A stretch of 62,023 bases of DNA, counting the filler, from Deltaproteobacteria bacterium (GTDB lineage Bacteria; Myxococcota; JACRCW01), in the NCBI GenBank assembly GCA_016218805.1. It is 3 parts of 3 records of this genome, joined end to end, with 100 filler letters (N's around TTAATTAATTAA, not from the genome) between each part and the next. Parts side by side here need not be neighbours in the genome. Positions count along the whole stretch, not along the records: positions 34,183 to 62,023 come from JACRCW010000135.1; 2 more parts are not named here. The stretch is one strand, 5' to 3'. The number at the start of each line of letters is the position of its first letter. Position 1 is the stretch's first letter. Below are positions 47,331-56,157 of the stretch, in pieces. The notes below the pieces were generated by a model that had not been told where the DNA came from, searched no databases, and worked only from the letters and a program-made list of their open reading frames with translations. A program made the translations under genes and the position numbers.

Positions 47331-48608
47331 ATGAGCATGCTCACGAGGACAGTCCTCAACAACAACGTTGGCACACGGATCGGTACGCGGCGGGAGGACG
47401 GACTTCCGGCGCAGGGTGGCGTCAGCGCGCCCCAGGTGAACCCCAATGCGCCGACGCGGGAGGCCCAAACGCAGGGTTTGATCAAGTCCGCAGCCAGCGC
47501 GCTCGACCGCGGCCAGAAGGCTGTGGCAGGCGGCGCGCTGGGGTCTGGCCCGGCGTCCGCCACTTTTGGCCAGCGGAGCTTGCAGGGCTCACCGCTGGGC
47601 GTGCGGTTCTTCAGTGCGGCTCCCACCAGGCAGCCAAGCGCATTGGAGCTGGCAGTCGACGTGAGCCTCCTGCAGCGGCTTCGGCTGGTGGGGGAGGACT
47701 GCCGGGGTCTCGCTGAACGCGCCGTTGAGGCAGGAGGGCCGGGACTCAGCGAGGAGCAGAAGGCTAACGGGATCGCATCGGAGCTCATCCGCTCGCGTTG
47801 GCAGATCGTGGGGGCGCGGCGTGACGTGGTGGGGGGAGGAGAGGATTTGAAGGCGGCCTTTGACGCTTGGGCGGGCGCCGGTCGCCCGCGGCTGACGCCA
47901 AAGGTGCTGGAATCCGTCATTGACCCCAAGCTCAACCCCGACCTCGCCAGCCCCACGCCGTGCAAGAGCGTCTGGGAGCTGATGAAGGTGGTGAACCCGC
48001 TTGCGCAGATGGGGTGCGTGGCTGACGGGATCAGCGACCGCATCAACCTCGCGCTGAAGGAGCAAGGTCCCAACCTCAGCGACCAGGTGCAGTTGAACAC
48101 AGTGGCCTCGGAGATTTTCCGCTCGCGATGGCAGCTCACGGGGGCACGGCATGACGCGGTGGGGGGCGGTGCGGACCTGAAGGCGGCCTTTAACGCGTGG
48201 GTCAGCGCGGGACGGCCGCAACTGACGCCCAAGGTGCTGGAAACGATCATTGATCCCAAGCTCAATCCCAGCCTGGCCGAACCCAGGCAGTGCACGAGCG
48301 TCTGGGACCTCATGGCAGTGGTCAACCAGCTTCAGGGGCTGGGGTGCGTTGCGGACGGGATCAGCGACCGCATCAACCTGGCGCTGAAGGAGCAAGGGCC
48401 CAACCTCAGCGACCAGGTGCAATTGAACACGGTGGCCTCGGAGATTATTCACTCGCGCTGGCAGATCACGGGGGCACGGCATGACGCGGTGGGGGGCGGT
48501 GCGGACCTGAAGGCGGCCTTTGACGCGTGGGTCAGCGCGGGACGGCCGCAACTGACGCCCAAGGTGCTGAAGTCGGTCATTGACCCTCAGTTGAATCCAA
48601 ACCTCTGA
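47331..48608 (+). CDS. hypothetical protein with three tandem 110-aa repeats
   Basis: 330-nt period; ASEI.RSRWQ.TGARHD.VGGG.DLKAAFDAW..AGRP.LTPKVL..IDP.LNP three times; 48011-48275 and 48341-48605 near-identical. Confidence 0.8.
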   Translation: MSMLTRTVLNNNVGTRIGTRREDGLPAQGGVSAPQVNPNAPTREAQTQGLIKSAASALDRGQKAVAGGALGSGPASATFGQRSLQGSPLGVRFFSAAPTRQPSALELAVDVSLLQRLRLVGEDCRGLAERAVEAGGPGLSEEQKANGIASELIRSRWQIVGARRDVVGGGEDLKAAFDAWAGAGRPRLTPKVLESVIDPKLNPDLASPTPCKSVWELMKVVNPLAQMGCVADGISDRINLALKEQGPNLSDQVQLNTVASEIFRSRWQLTGARHDAVGGGADLKAAFNAWVSAGRPQLTPKVLETIIDPKLNPSLAEPRQCTSVWDLMAVVNQLQGLGCVADGISDRINLALKEQGPNLSDQVQLNTVASEIIHSRWQITGARHDAVGGGADLKAAFDAWVSAGRPQLTPKVLKSVIDPQLNPNL

Positions 48609-48831
48609 CCGCGTCGTTTCTCAGCCGCCCTCCGAATCCTTCACCGCCCTGACGTGCGCGAATCACGTTGCAACTCCTCCGCCCGGGAGCTGCGACGCCG
48701 ATGCGTCGTCGGCGTTCTTGGACCTGGCGCTCGGCGAGTTTACCGAATGCCAGCACCGCGCCTATGAACGGTGCATGGACACTCGCCAATACCCCCCGGT
48801 CCCCGTTCCATTGGCCCCCAACTAGCACCTC

Positions 48832-49656
48832 GTGACGTCGGGCGGAACTCTGGGGTTCTTCTGGATCCTGATCGTACCCCTGGTGTTCATGTCCTATATG
48901 ATCGTCCCGGCCATCCTTGCCGTGTTCCTCGTATCGCGCACCGGGCGCTATTGGCTGACCACCGAGCGGCTGCTCTGGAAGCCGCGCCTGCGTGGCCTGC
49001 AGCAGATGGCACTCAAGGACCTGGACCTCTCCAACATCGGCATCCGCGTGCGCACGCGAACCCTCATTGCTCGCGGCAAGGGCCGCACCATCTCCATGTG
49101 GGCCATCCAGCGGATTGAGGAACTCTGGGGCGGACTCCTGCTGTTCACGGCGCTGCCATTACCACCGTCAACAGGCGACCATTGGGAGTCCGTGCCCGTC
49201 GTGTGCACCGCGTACTGCTCCGAAGGATGGAACTCGCAGCCGGGTTTTGCGGTCTTGGGGAGTGACCGCGTGGTGTTCCTGCCGCGGACCCCCATGACGT
49301 CAGCCGGCCATCTTGTGGGCAACATTGCGTTGGCCATGGTGGGAGTGATGAGGTCAAGCCTCAAAGCAAGCCTTCCCTGGCCCCGCTGGATTGAGTGGGC
49401 AGCCTCTGCGTTGGGATCCGCGTTTGTGCAAACGCTGGAGGACGCCGCCGCCCGGACAGGCGGCGCCACCTGGGACTCCGCGGTGACCGGAAGCCCCGTC
49501 GGGAGGAAGGCAAAGGACACCTCGGTGATGCTCACACGGGGCAAACAGACTATGACCATCCGGTTCTCCAGTTCCGCGGCGGCGGATCAGTTCTGTAACG
49601 GATGGTCGCATTCGCCTGGCGGGTCTGCGGGGGACTCGTCGTCGTCGTGCGCATGA
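48832..49656 (+). CDS. hypothetical membrane protein with bPH-like segment (possibly 5'-truncated)
   Basis: N-terminal TM followed by GRYWLTTERLLW. Confidence 0.6.
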   Translation: MTSGGTLGFFWILIVPLVFMSYMIVPAILAVFLVSRTGRYWLTTERLLWKPRLRGLQQMALKDLDLSNIGIRVRTRTLIARGKGRTISMWAIQRIEELWGGLLLFTALPLPPSTGDHWESVPVVCTAYCSEGWNSQPGFAVLGSDRVVFLPRTPMTSAGHLVGNIALAMVGVMRSSLKASLPWPRWIEWAASALGSAFVQTLEDAAARTGGATWDSAVTGSPVGRKAKDTSVMLTRGKQTMTIRFSSSAAADQFCNGWSHSPGGSAGDSSSSCA

Positions 49657-49694
49657 AGGAGAACCGGTGCCGTTGAACGCAGGCCGTTTCCCTC

Positions 49695-49875
49695 GGTGTC
49701 GGCTGGCCGCACGAGACGCCTGCGCTTCACGGGATCTGCGCCAGCGAACGGGTATTGGGTGGCATTTCGCAGGGGCGCCCGGCTGCAGGCGCACGGACCT
49801 CCGCCATGTGATGCATTGGCGCAACTCGCGCTTGCGCCGCGGCGATGCGCGGACAACATGGTCAGCGCCGCACCC
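49695..49875 (+). pseudogene. eroded remnant of the 5' part of the NIT chemoreceptor gene (56178-56567)
   Basis: CGGGTA(T/C)TGGG (49749 vs 56260), GG.CGCCC.GC..GGC..ACGGACCT (49773-49800 vs 56403-56429), GCGCGGACAAC (49847 vs 56540); collinear. Confidence 0.7.
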
Positions 49876-49923
49876 CAATGGGCGCCCACCCATGGCAAAT
49901 CCGTTCCCGGCTGCTCCTCACCA

Positions 49924-50340
49924 TCAGGGTGTTGGACGCGAGCGAAGGTACTCCGCGAACGCCCGGTCCTCGCGCATGATGTGGTTCACCAGCCATCCCA
50001 CCACCAGCCGATTGGTCAGGCGGACAAGATTCGCTCCCGCTCCCGCTTCCTCCAAGACCAGCGTGAGTTCAGCCAGGTGTGCCGCCATGGTTCTGTGCAG
50101 TACCCGGTGGGAAACGCGTCCCGGGTAGCGGGCCGCGTCATGCTGGGCTTCTTCCGCGGTGAAGTGTTCCCTGATGTAGCTCTGCAGGTACTCCAGGAGC
50201 GGCCGCACTTCTTCCGCGCTCTTTCCTCGGACGCACGCCTCAAACAGCACGTTGGCGCGCCGGAAGATCTCCTTGTGCTGGTCGTCCACATCAGGCACGC
50301 CGGTGGCAAGACTGGCGGTCCACTGGAAAGCTACCGGCAT
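49924..50340 (-). CDS. bacteriohemerythrin (single domain)
   Basis: W..LATGVPDVDDQH, HFTAEE, YP..H...H, WLVNHIMRED: the full di-iron ligand set. Confidence 0.93.
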   Translation of the reverse strand: MPVAFQWTASLATGVPDVDDQHKEIFRRANVLFEACVRGKSAEEVRPLLEYLQSYIREHFTAEEAQHDAARYPGRVSHRVLHRTMAAHLAELTLVLEEAGAGANLVRLTNRLVVGWLVNHIMREDRAFAEYLRSRPTP

Positions 50341-50478
50341 TGGCAGGGCCTCACTCCCCCCCGGCGCCCGGCGAATAGACCATGCGCGCACGCGCTCCGC
50401 TATCAATGGTGCGCTGTGGTGTGCTGGTCCCCGGACAAGCCAACCGCCCCACGCCTTGGTTCATGACCGGCCCCCTTG

Positions 50479-50627
50479 CCGCCGTGGGCGGAGGTGCGCG
50501 TGGACGGCAAGCGCATGGGCGTGACGCCCATGGCACCCCTGAAACTGGTGGAGGCGAGCACCAGGTGGTCCTGGACAACAAGGACCTCAAGGCGCGCAAG
50601 ACGCTTCCATGGCGGACCACACATTGA
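50479..50627 (+). pseudogene. frameshifted PEGA-domain fragment
   Basis: PPWAEVRVDGKRMGVTPMAPLKLVE / GEHQVVLDNKDLKARKT split across two frames. Confidence 0.7.
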
Positions 50628-50802
50628 TGCATGGTCCTCGCCGCGGAGATCACCGCACGCAAGCTCGCCGCATAGGGCCACCTTTCCCTGGGGACCGGGA
50701 CTCAGCCCGGCATACCCGAAGGCGTCGTGGCGGGTGGAGCGTCAACGCGAGGGCAACCAAGCGCCAGCATACTCAGGACTGGATCCGCCATGACGCTCCG
50801 CG

Positions 50803-51055
50803 TTACGGCTTTGACGGGGCCCGCCCAGCGCCTCGTATTCTCGACACAGAACCACCTCCTCCTTGCGGACGCGCGTACGCAGGGCGGCCATGAGTTTCCC
50901 CTGTTCGCGGGCAAACTGGAACGAGTCCACCGGCGCCCCGGGTCTCTGCCGAAGCGTTGGAAGCACTCAACGGCCTGCGCGGACACCCAGATGGTCGGAT
51001 TGACGTCCAAGAACGGTTGGTTGGAGTTGGACCGTCATGCGCCAGCATGGTGCAC
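50803..51055 (-). pseudogene. frameshifted, deleted copy of the hemerythrin-like gene at 61129-61554
   Basis: TTCCCCTGTTCGCGGGCAAACTGGAACGAGTCCACCGG is identical in both; PVDSFQFAREQGK.MAALR.R.RKEEVVL; at least two frameshifts. Confidence 0.93.
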
Positions 51056-51139
51056 CGCAGAGTCGCCGGAGGCGTCAACGGCTCCATCTGGGCTGCCAAG
51101 GACCGCATGGCGGATGCGTGGGTTGCCTGCTGGCGCACT

Positions 51140-51805
51140 TCATGCGCGGGCCCGGGCTTTCCCGGATAGCGAGCCTTTCTCTTCAGCGTCCGGAAGCAGG
51201 TAGCCCAGCACCAGCCGCGTGATCTCCTCCACCACCACCTCCGGCGGGACGGACCCGGCGCCGCCCAGGGCGGACATGTACAGCACCGCCTCCATGCTGT
51301 GGACCACCACGTACGCCATCAGGTCCGCGTTCCCGGGGCGCAGTTCGGCGCGGCGGGCCTCAATCAGCGAGCGCACCAGGCCGATGAACGGCGCCATGCC
51401 CGCGTCCGCCGTGGTTTGCGTGAGCAGGTGCGCTTTTAGCGGAATCAACGCACGGCACAGTGCGTCCTGCAGCAGGTTGCGCCGGTGAATGGTCTCCACC
51501 ACGCGCCGCACCAGCACGGGAAGGGGCGCCCGCGCCACGTCAGGCAGCGCCGCCTGGAGGGCGCGGAGAATCTCCTCGTTTTCCCGCTCCAGCACGGCCG
51601 CGCACAAGGCGTGCTTGTCCGGGAAGTACTGGTAGAGCGTCCCAATGCTGACGCCCGCCAGCCGCGCTACCTCCTTGGTGGTGAGACCGTCCACGCCACG
51701 CCGAATCAGCACGCGCTCAGTCGCCTGGAGCACCGCGTCCACGGTGACGCGGGCCCGGGCCTGGAGCGGCCGCTTGCGGTAGCGCAGCGCTGGCTTGCGG
51801 AGCAT
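51140..51805 (-). CDS. TetR/AcrR family regulator
   Basis: RKRPLQARARVTVDAVL..TTKEVARLAGVSIGTLYQYFPDK. Confidence 0.95.
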   Translation of the reverse strand: MLRKPALRYRKRPLQARARVTVDAVLQATERVLIRRGVDGLTTKEVARLAGVSIGTLYQYFPDKHALCAAVLERENEEILRALQAALPDVARAPLPVLVRRVVETIHRRNLLQDALCRALIPLKAHLLTQTTADAGMAPFIGLVRSLIEARRAELRPGNADLMAYVVVHSMEAVLYMSALGGAGSVPPEVVVEEITRLVLGYLLPDAEEKGSLSGKARARA

Positions 51806-51807
51806 GG

Positions 51808-52806
51808 CTACTCAATGGGCCGGCGCGTATCCACGGCCGCGCGGCGCCCTTCGCCAATGTCACGGTAACGCTGCACCATTTCCTTGAAAAAACCACCCAG
51901 GCCGGCCTGCCCGGTGAGTTCATTGGTGAGGCCCTGACCCAACACAAAACGCGCCAATTGCGTGCCAGGCGTGCGCACCTGGTGCACTGAATGGCTGCGC
52001 ACCAGCACCTTCCCGTCGTCCGTGCGCTGGAAATCAATGTATCCGTCGTCCTTCATGACGCTGCGGGTCTTCAACGTCAGCGCCGAAGGGTCCGAGTGGA
52101 ACACGTGCCACGATACCTTGGTGCCCTGCTCGCCAATCTCCACGATGGAGTTCTTGGTCATGTCCAGGTTGCTGGGGAACGAGTCCAGGCTCATGCGCTC
52201 CTGCTGATGCACCTCCAGGACCCCGTCGGGGCGTTGGGTCCTGGACAACTCGCGCACCTCGCCACCGCGGTAGCGCGGGAGGTTGGGACTCCAATCCAGG
52301 GGATTCATGCGCGCCATGAACGTGTCGTAATCCACGTTGATGCGGCCCTCGGTCAGCTCGTGGATTCCGCCCTGTTTGTCCACGTGCGTGCCGGTAAGGA
52401 TCTCGCCGCGGCGCAACGCGTCGTCATGGCGTTCCACCAGCGCGGTCATGTCCCGCCGGACCGCCGGGTCCAAACTCACGGACGTGTCCGCCAGCGCGGC
52501 ACGCAACGCGGTCACGTCAAAGGTATCCACCTTGCCCACGCGCAGGCCGGCCAGGTGCACGTCCTCGCGCATGGCCCCCTGGATGGAGTTGTTGGGCGTG
52601 CCCACCAGGCCTGCGCCGCCGGGCGAGAAGTACTCGTCCCGCGTGATGCGCTTGTCCGCGCCGGCCTTGTCCAGCCGCGCCCGCAGCTCTGCGGACATGT
52701 CCCCGCGGAGCGAGTCCACACCCGAACGCACCTGCTTCCACGCCGCGTCATCCGGGGTCTTGACGGAGGGATGGATGGGGAACCGGTTGGAATAGACGGT
52801 GGTCAT
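51808..52806 (-). CDS. hypothetical protein, C-terminal half START/SRPBCC-like
   Basis: GC3-rich ORF ending 2 bp before the tetR start; fold is a guess from the strand/helix pattern. Confidence 0.65.
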   Translation of the reverse strand: MTTVYSNRFPIHPSVKTPDDAAWKQVRSGVDSLRGDMSAELRARLDKAGADKRITRDEYFSPGGAGLVGTPNNSIQGAMREDVHLAGLRVGKVDTFDVTALRAALADTSVSLDPAVRRDMTALVERHDDALRRGEILTGTHVDKQGGIHELTEGRINVDYDTFMARMNPLDWSPNLPRYRGGEVRELSRTQRPDGVLEVHQQERMSLDSFPSNLDMTKNSIVEIGEQGTKVSWHVFHSDPSALTLKTRSVMKDDGYIDFQRTDDGKVLVRSHSVHQVRTPGTQLARFVLGQGLTNELTGQAGLGGFFKEMVQRYRDIGEGRRAAVDTRRPIE

Positions 52807-52972
52807 GACGTGCCACCTTAGCACCCTGCCTCCTCGCAAACGGCTCGCGTTCAAAGCCCGCGCCGGCCACGTCGGGAACGGGCGCGGGATTCCGGCGCGG
52901 ATCGAAGGGCGCTCAGTTTCGGCGGACGCGTTTGTCCCGCGGGTACCCTGGGTAGGCCCGGCGCCCGGGTCC

Positions 52973-53431
52973 TCAGCGGCGCGTGCGGTTCTTGGCCGCG
53001 TTGAGATCCCGCAGCAGCGCCGTGTCCGGTGACTTGCCCAAGCGGGGGTCCGGTCCCTTGGCGTCCGCCTTGAACATCTTCTTGGCGTCGGTGATCTCCT
53101 GGGAATCCCATTCGAGCTTGTCACCGCCCATGATGCTGGAAGGCTTCACGCCTCGGCGGCGCAGATGCGGCACGGCCTCGTTCATCAGGCGATAGATGAG
53201 CTTGCTGGCGTCAGGGGAGTTCTTCTTCTCCTCCAGGAACCAGGCCGCCACCCCCAACTCCTCTGTGGCGTCCGCCAAGTCCGGCTTGTCGAAGTAGCCG
53301 GCGTACTTCTCACGGAGGATCTTCTCCCCGTCCGCGTTGATGACGAGCGCTGCTCCCTTGCCGGGGGCAAGCACGGAAAAGACCACGTCCGCGATGGCGT
53401 GACGTGGCCGGTCTTTCTTGGCGGGTGACAT
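52973..53431 (-). CDS. hypothetical protein
   Basis: 152-aa ORF with globular-type composition and high GC3. Confidence 0.7.
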   Translation of the reverse strand: MSPAKKDRPRHAIADVVFSVLAPGKGAALVINADGEKILREKYAGYFDKPDLADATEELGVAAWFLEEKKNSPDASKLIYRLMNEAVPHLRRRGVKPSSIMGGDKLEWDSQEITDAKKMFKADAKGPDPRLGKSPDTALLRDLNAAKNRTRR

Positions 53432-53538
53432 GGACGGACCCCGTGGAGTTTGTGTTGGACCAGCCTGCGGAAACAGGACGGCCGCGGTGGAGAGGTCTCC
53501 GCCGCGGCCGCATCCCGCTTGACTGTCTGGTGAAGATG

Positions 53539-53751
53539 TCAGCGGATGGCGTCGCGAACCTGTTCAGGCATGCGGTCGAATGCGCTCTGCTTGGCCAGGT
53601 TGGGAAGCGAGGCATATTCCTGCTTCAGCGAGGCGATGTCCTTCTCACTCAGGCCATTGTTCACCGCGGACGCCGCGTGTTGGAGGAAGGACTCCACCTT
53701 GCCGCTCAAGCCGCCCGACATCGCGTTCCGAATCGCGCCACCGATATCCAT
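53539..53751 (-). CDS. small hypothetical protein (70 aa)
   Basis: GGAGGA RBS before MDIGGAIRNAMSGG. Confidence 0.65.
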   Translation of the reverse strand: MDIGGAIRNAMSGGLSGKVESFLQHAASAVNNGLSEKDIASLKQEYASLPNLAKQSAFDRMPEQVRDAIR

Positions 53752-53914
53752 GGTTCTTCCTCCGTGCTGGGGTTGACTTACGTACATCTTGATTCATCGC
53801 ACCTGGCTGCCCCCATGTCCACACCATAAAGACACTGGTATTCCGTGTGTGCATGGTTCCCACACCGCGAATTTCGAAGGCAACACGCCACGAAGCCCGA
53901 CCCGCCCTTCCCCT

Positions 53915-53930
53915 GTTTGACGATGTAAGG
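53915..53930 (-). promoter_or_regulatory. 16-bp motif, left copy
   Basis: Reads CCTTACATCGTCAAAC on the minus strand; 15/16 match to 55979-55994. Confidence 0.5.
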
Positions 53931-54084
53931 GAGTGACCATCCGCGATTCAGTGGTCGTCACATCCGGGCAAGCGGAGGTCGGCGGAGCGCTCGTTGCGGA
54001 CTTGCCGCACCGGGCCTGCATGGTCAAACGCGGCCTTCACGCAAAAGTGGCACTCCGGTTCCGCAGTGGTACAGGTCGGCGGCC

Positions 54085-55911
54085 ATGACCAACGGCAAGG
54101 GCAAGAATGCTCGTCCCGGCCCAACAAGCACGGCACAGGAGATCCTCTCCGCGTTGGTGGACCGGGAGGGAGCCACGGCTGTTACGGAGGCGCTAGGCCG
54201 AGTTCTCGCCGAGCGGCGCGCGGGCGCGCCCTCCGCCCGCGCGGAGCAGGTTGCCCACCATATCCGCGCTGGAGAACCCCGGCGCGCACGGCGGGAGCTG
54301 GGACCCCGCTGGCGAGACGCCATCTCCGACGATCCCGAGGTGACGGTGGGGCACGCAGAACTGGCGACACTGCGTGGGGACATGCAGCTTGCCCGGCATC
54401 TGCTGTGGTCGGTGGCTCACGTCGACTCGCCAGGGCTCCAGGCACGACGCCGCATTGCGCTCGCCCTTTCGTACTTCCTGGAGGACCGGCATGACCGTTC
54501 CCTGGCCGCCGCCCGGCTGGCCTCCCAGGAGCCCCTGTTCACGGAGATCGCCCAAGCGGTTGAGGCGATGTCGCTCATTGGATTGGGACGCATTGACCGC
54601 GCTGAGGCGATGCTCGCGGCGGCTGGACGGACCCGGACGGGCTTGTTGGCCGCCGTGGGTGCGTGCGCCGCCTATCGCCGTGGGGATCTGCTGGCATGCC
54701 TGGACGAGCACAAGACCACCCTGGACGTCCTATCCAACGAGGGCGACCTGGTGGCCCGGTCCGTCCTGGCGCGTCCATTGGCATGGGCGGCCATGCGCCT
54801 TGGCCGGTTTGACGAGGCAGAGGTGTTTCTTCAGGCCGAGGAAACCACCTGTGGCCAAACCGGCCTCCCGGCGCTGGCGCCGCTGCTGGACGCGGACCGC
54901 GCTGAGCTCGCGGCGGCGCGCGGGCATCTCCCGGAGGCCCGCGAACGAGTCCGCCGGGCGCTCGCAGCCTCCCCCAACTCGCCCGATGTGCGCATCAACG
55001 CCTGGGCCCTTGGCGAGCCGGTCCCACCGCCGCACTGCGGGCCTGCCGCGGTGCACGCCTGGGGAGACCTCAAGGCCGCTGAGCACGCCCTTGAGACTGG
55101 ACACCGGAGCGAAGCGGCCACGAGGGCCCAGACCGCCGCCCAATGGTATCGGGAGGTGGGTGCCTGGTACGAGGTCGCGCGTGCACAGCTGGCTTCCGCC
55201 GAGGCCAACGCGTGGGAGGCGCCGCTGGACGCGGGGCTCGCACTTGCCGAATGCGAACGGATCGCTGAGACGCGTGGCTATGGCCCAATCAGGGTGGGAG
55301 CTTCGCTGGTGCGGGCCAGCATCGCGGATCGGGGTGGCGACCTGGCCGGATACAGGCAGGCCATGGAACAGGCCCTTGCGCGCGCCGGGACGGCAGTGGA
55401 CCGGTCGTTGGCGTCGGCGTGCTCGCGGTGCGGCGTGCCAGCGGGTTCGGCCTTGGGAACGGATTGCCCGTGGAGGAGCCGCGTTCAGCGCCTGGGTCTT
55501 GACCGGCCTGCCACGGACGTCTGGACGCTGGGGCCGCGCGTGCACCTGCTGTCCGCCGGAGAGGCCGCCCCGGTGCCGGTGGACATTGAGGTGGACAGGG
55601 CGCGCAACGTCATCGTCATCGGCGGGTGCGCTCATGCGTCCACCCCTCAGCGACAGCAACTGCTCGCGTTGTTCGGACGAGCCGGCCAGGGGGGTGTCTC
55701 GCTTGAAGAGATCCACCGCGCCGTGGGACCGGGATGCGTCTATCACCCCCTGCGGCACCGGGACGCGCTGTACGTCGCGGTGGCACGGCTCCGTGCGTGG
55801 GTGGAACCACTGGTCCACGCGCCCGTGCTGGCGCGGGATCCCACCGGCTATCGCGTCGTGAACGGCGTGCGTGTTGCGGTGCGTGAACCCAACTGCGCAG
55901 TGCCCCCATGA
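54085..55911 (+). CDS. TPR-like helical protein with C-terminal OmpR-type winged-helix DNA-binding domain
   Basis: Ala/Leu-rich repeats; VSLEEIHRAV..YHPLRHRDALYVAVARLR..GYR. Confidence 0.75.
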   Translation: MTNGKGKNARPGPTSTAQEILSALVDREGATAVTEALGRVLAERRAGAPSARAEQVAHHIRAGEPRRARRELGPRWRDAISDDPEVTVGHAELATLRGDMQLARHLLWSVAHVDSPGLQARRRIALALSYFLEDRHDRSLAAARLASQEPLFTEIAQAVEAMSLIGLGRIDRAEAMLAAAGRTRTGLLAAVGACAAYRRGDLLACLDEHKTTLDVLSNEGDLVARSVLARPLAWAAMRLGRFDEAEVFLQAEETTCGQTGLPALAPLLDADRAELAAARGHLPEARERVRRALAASPNSPDVRINAWALGEPVPPPHCGPAAVHAWGDLKAAEHALETGHRSEAATRAQTAAQWYREVGAWYEVARAQLASAEANAWEAPLDAGLALAECERIAETRGYGPIRVGASLVRASIADRGGDLAGYRQAMEQALARAGTAVDRSLASACSRCGVPAGSALGTDCPWRSRVQRLGLDRPATDVWTLGPRVHLLSAGEAAPVPVDIEVDRARNVIVIGGCAHASTPQRQQLLALFGRAGQGGVSLEEIHRAVGPGCVYHPLRHRDALYVAVARLRAWVEPLVHAPVLARDPTGYRVVNGVRVAVREPNCAVPP

Positions 55912-55978
55912 GCCGGTTGGCCAGGGCCGCGCCAGCCCCGCCGTCAGGAACCGGGCGATGGGTGCGCCGACGGGTGCG

Positions 55979-55994
55979 CCTTACATCGTCTAAC
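55979..55994 (+). promoter_or_regulatory. 16-bp motif, right copy
   Basis: CCTTACATCGTCTAAC. Confidence 0.5.
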
Positions 55995-56157
55995 GCCGGC
56001 AGCCGGGGTCAGCTCCTCTGGGAGCAACCAGCACTTTTGGACAGTATTCCCGCTCCTGCCCACGCATAAGACTGCGCCGTCCAGCGGGGGACAGGAGCAC
56101 GCACATGGGGTCCGCGCAGCCCAGACCCACGCCGGTGTTGGCCGTGGTGGTGGCGAC

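Noticed and set aside
50670..50790. Possible remnant of the 59173-61098 kinase G-box
   Set aside because: The position fits the duplication model, but the similarity is too weak to call by eye.
50803..50990. Possible DGR template/variable repeat pair with 61129-61320
   Set aside because: Mismatches are not adenine-specific, indels are present, and no reverse transcriptase is in the window.
54048..54065. sigma54-like TGGCAC upstream of the wHTH gene
   Set aside because: The -12 element is TTCC rather than TTGC.
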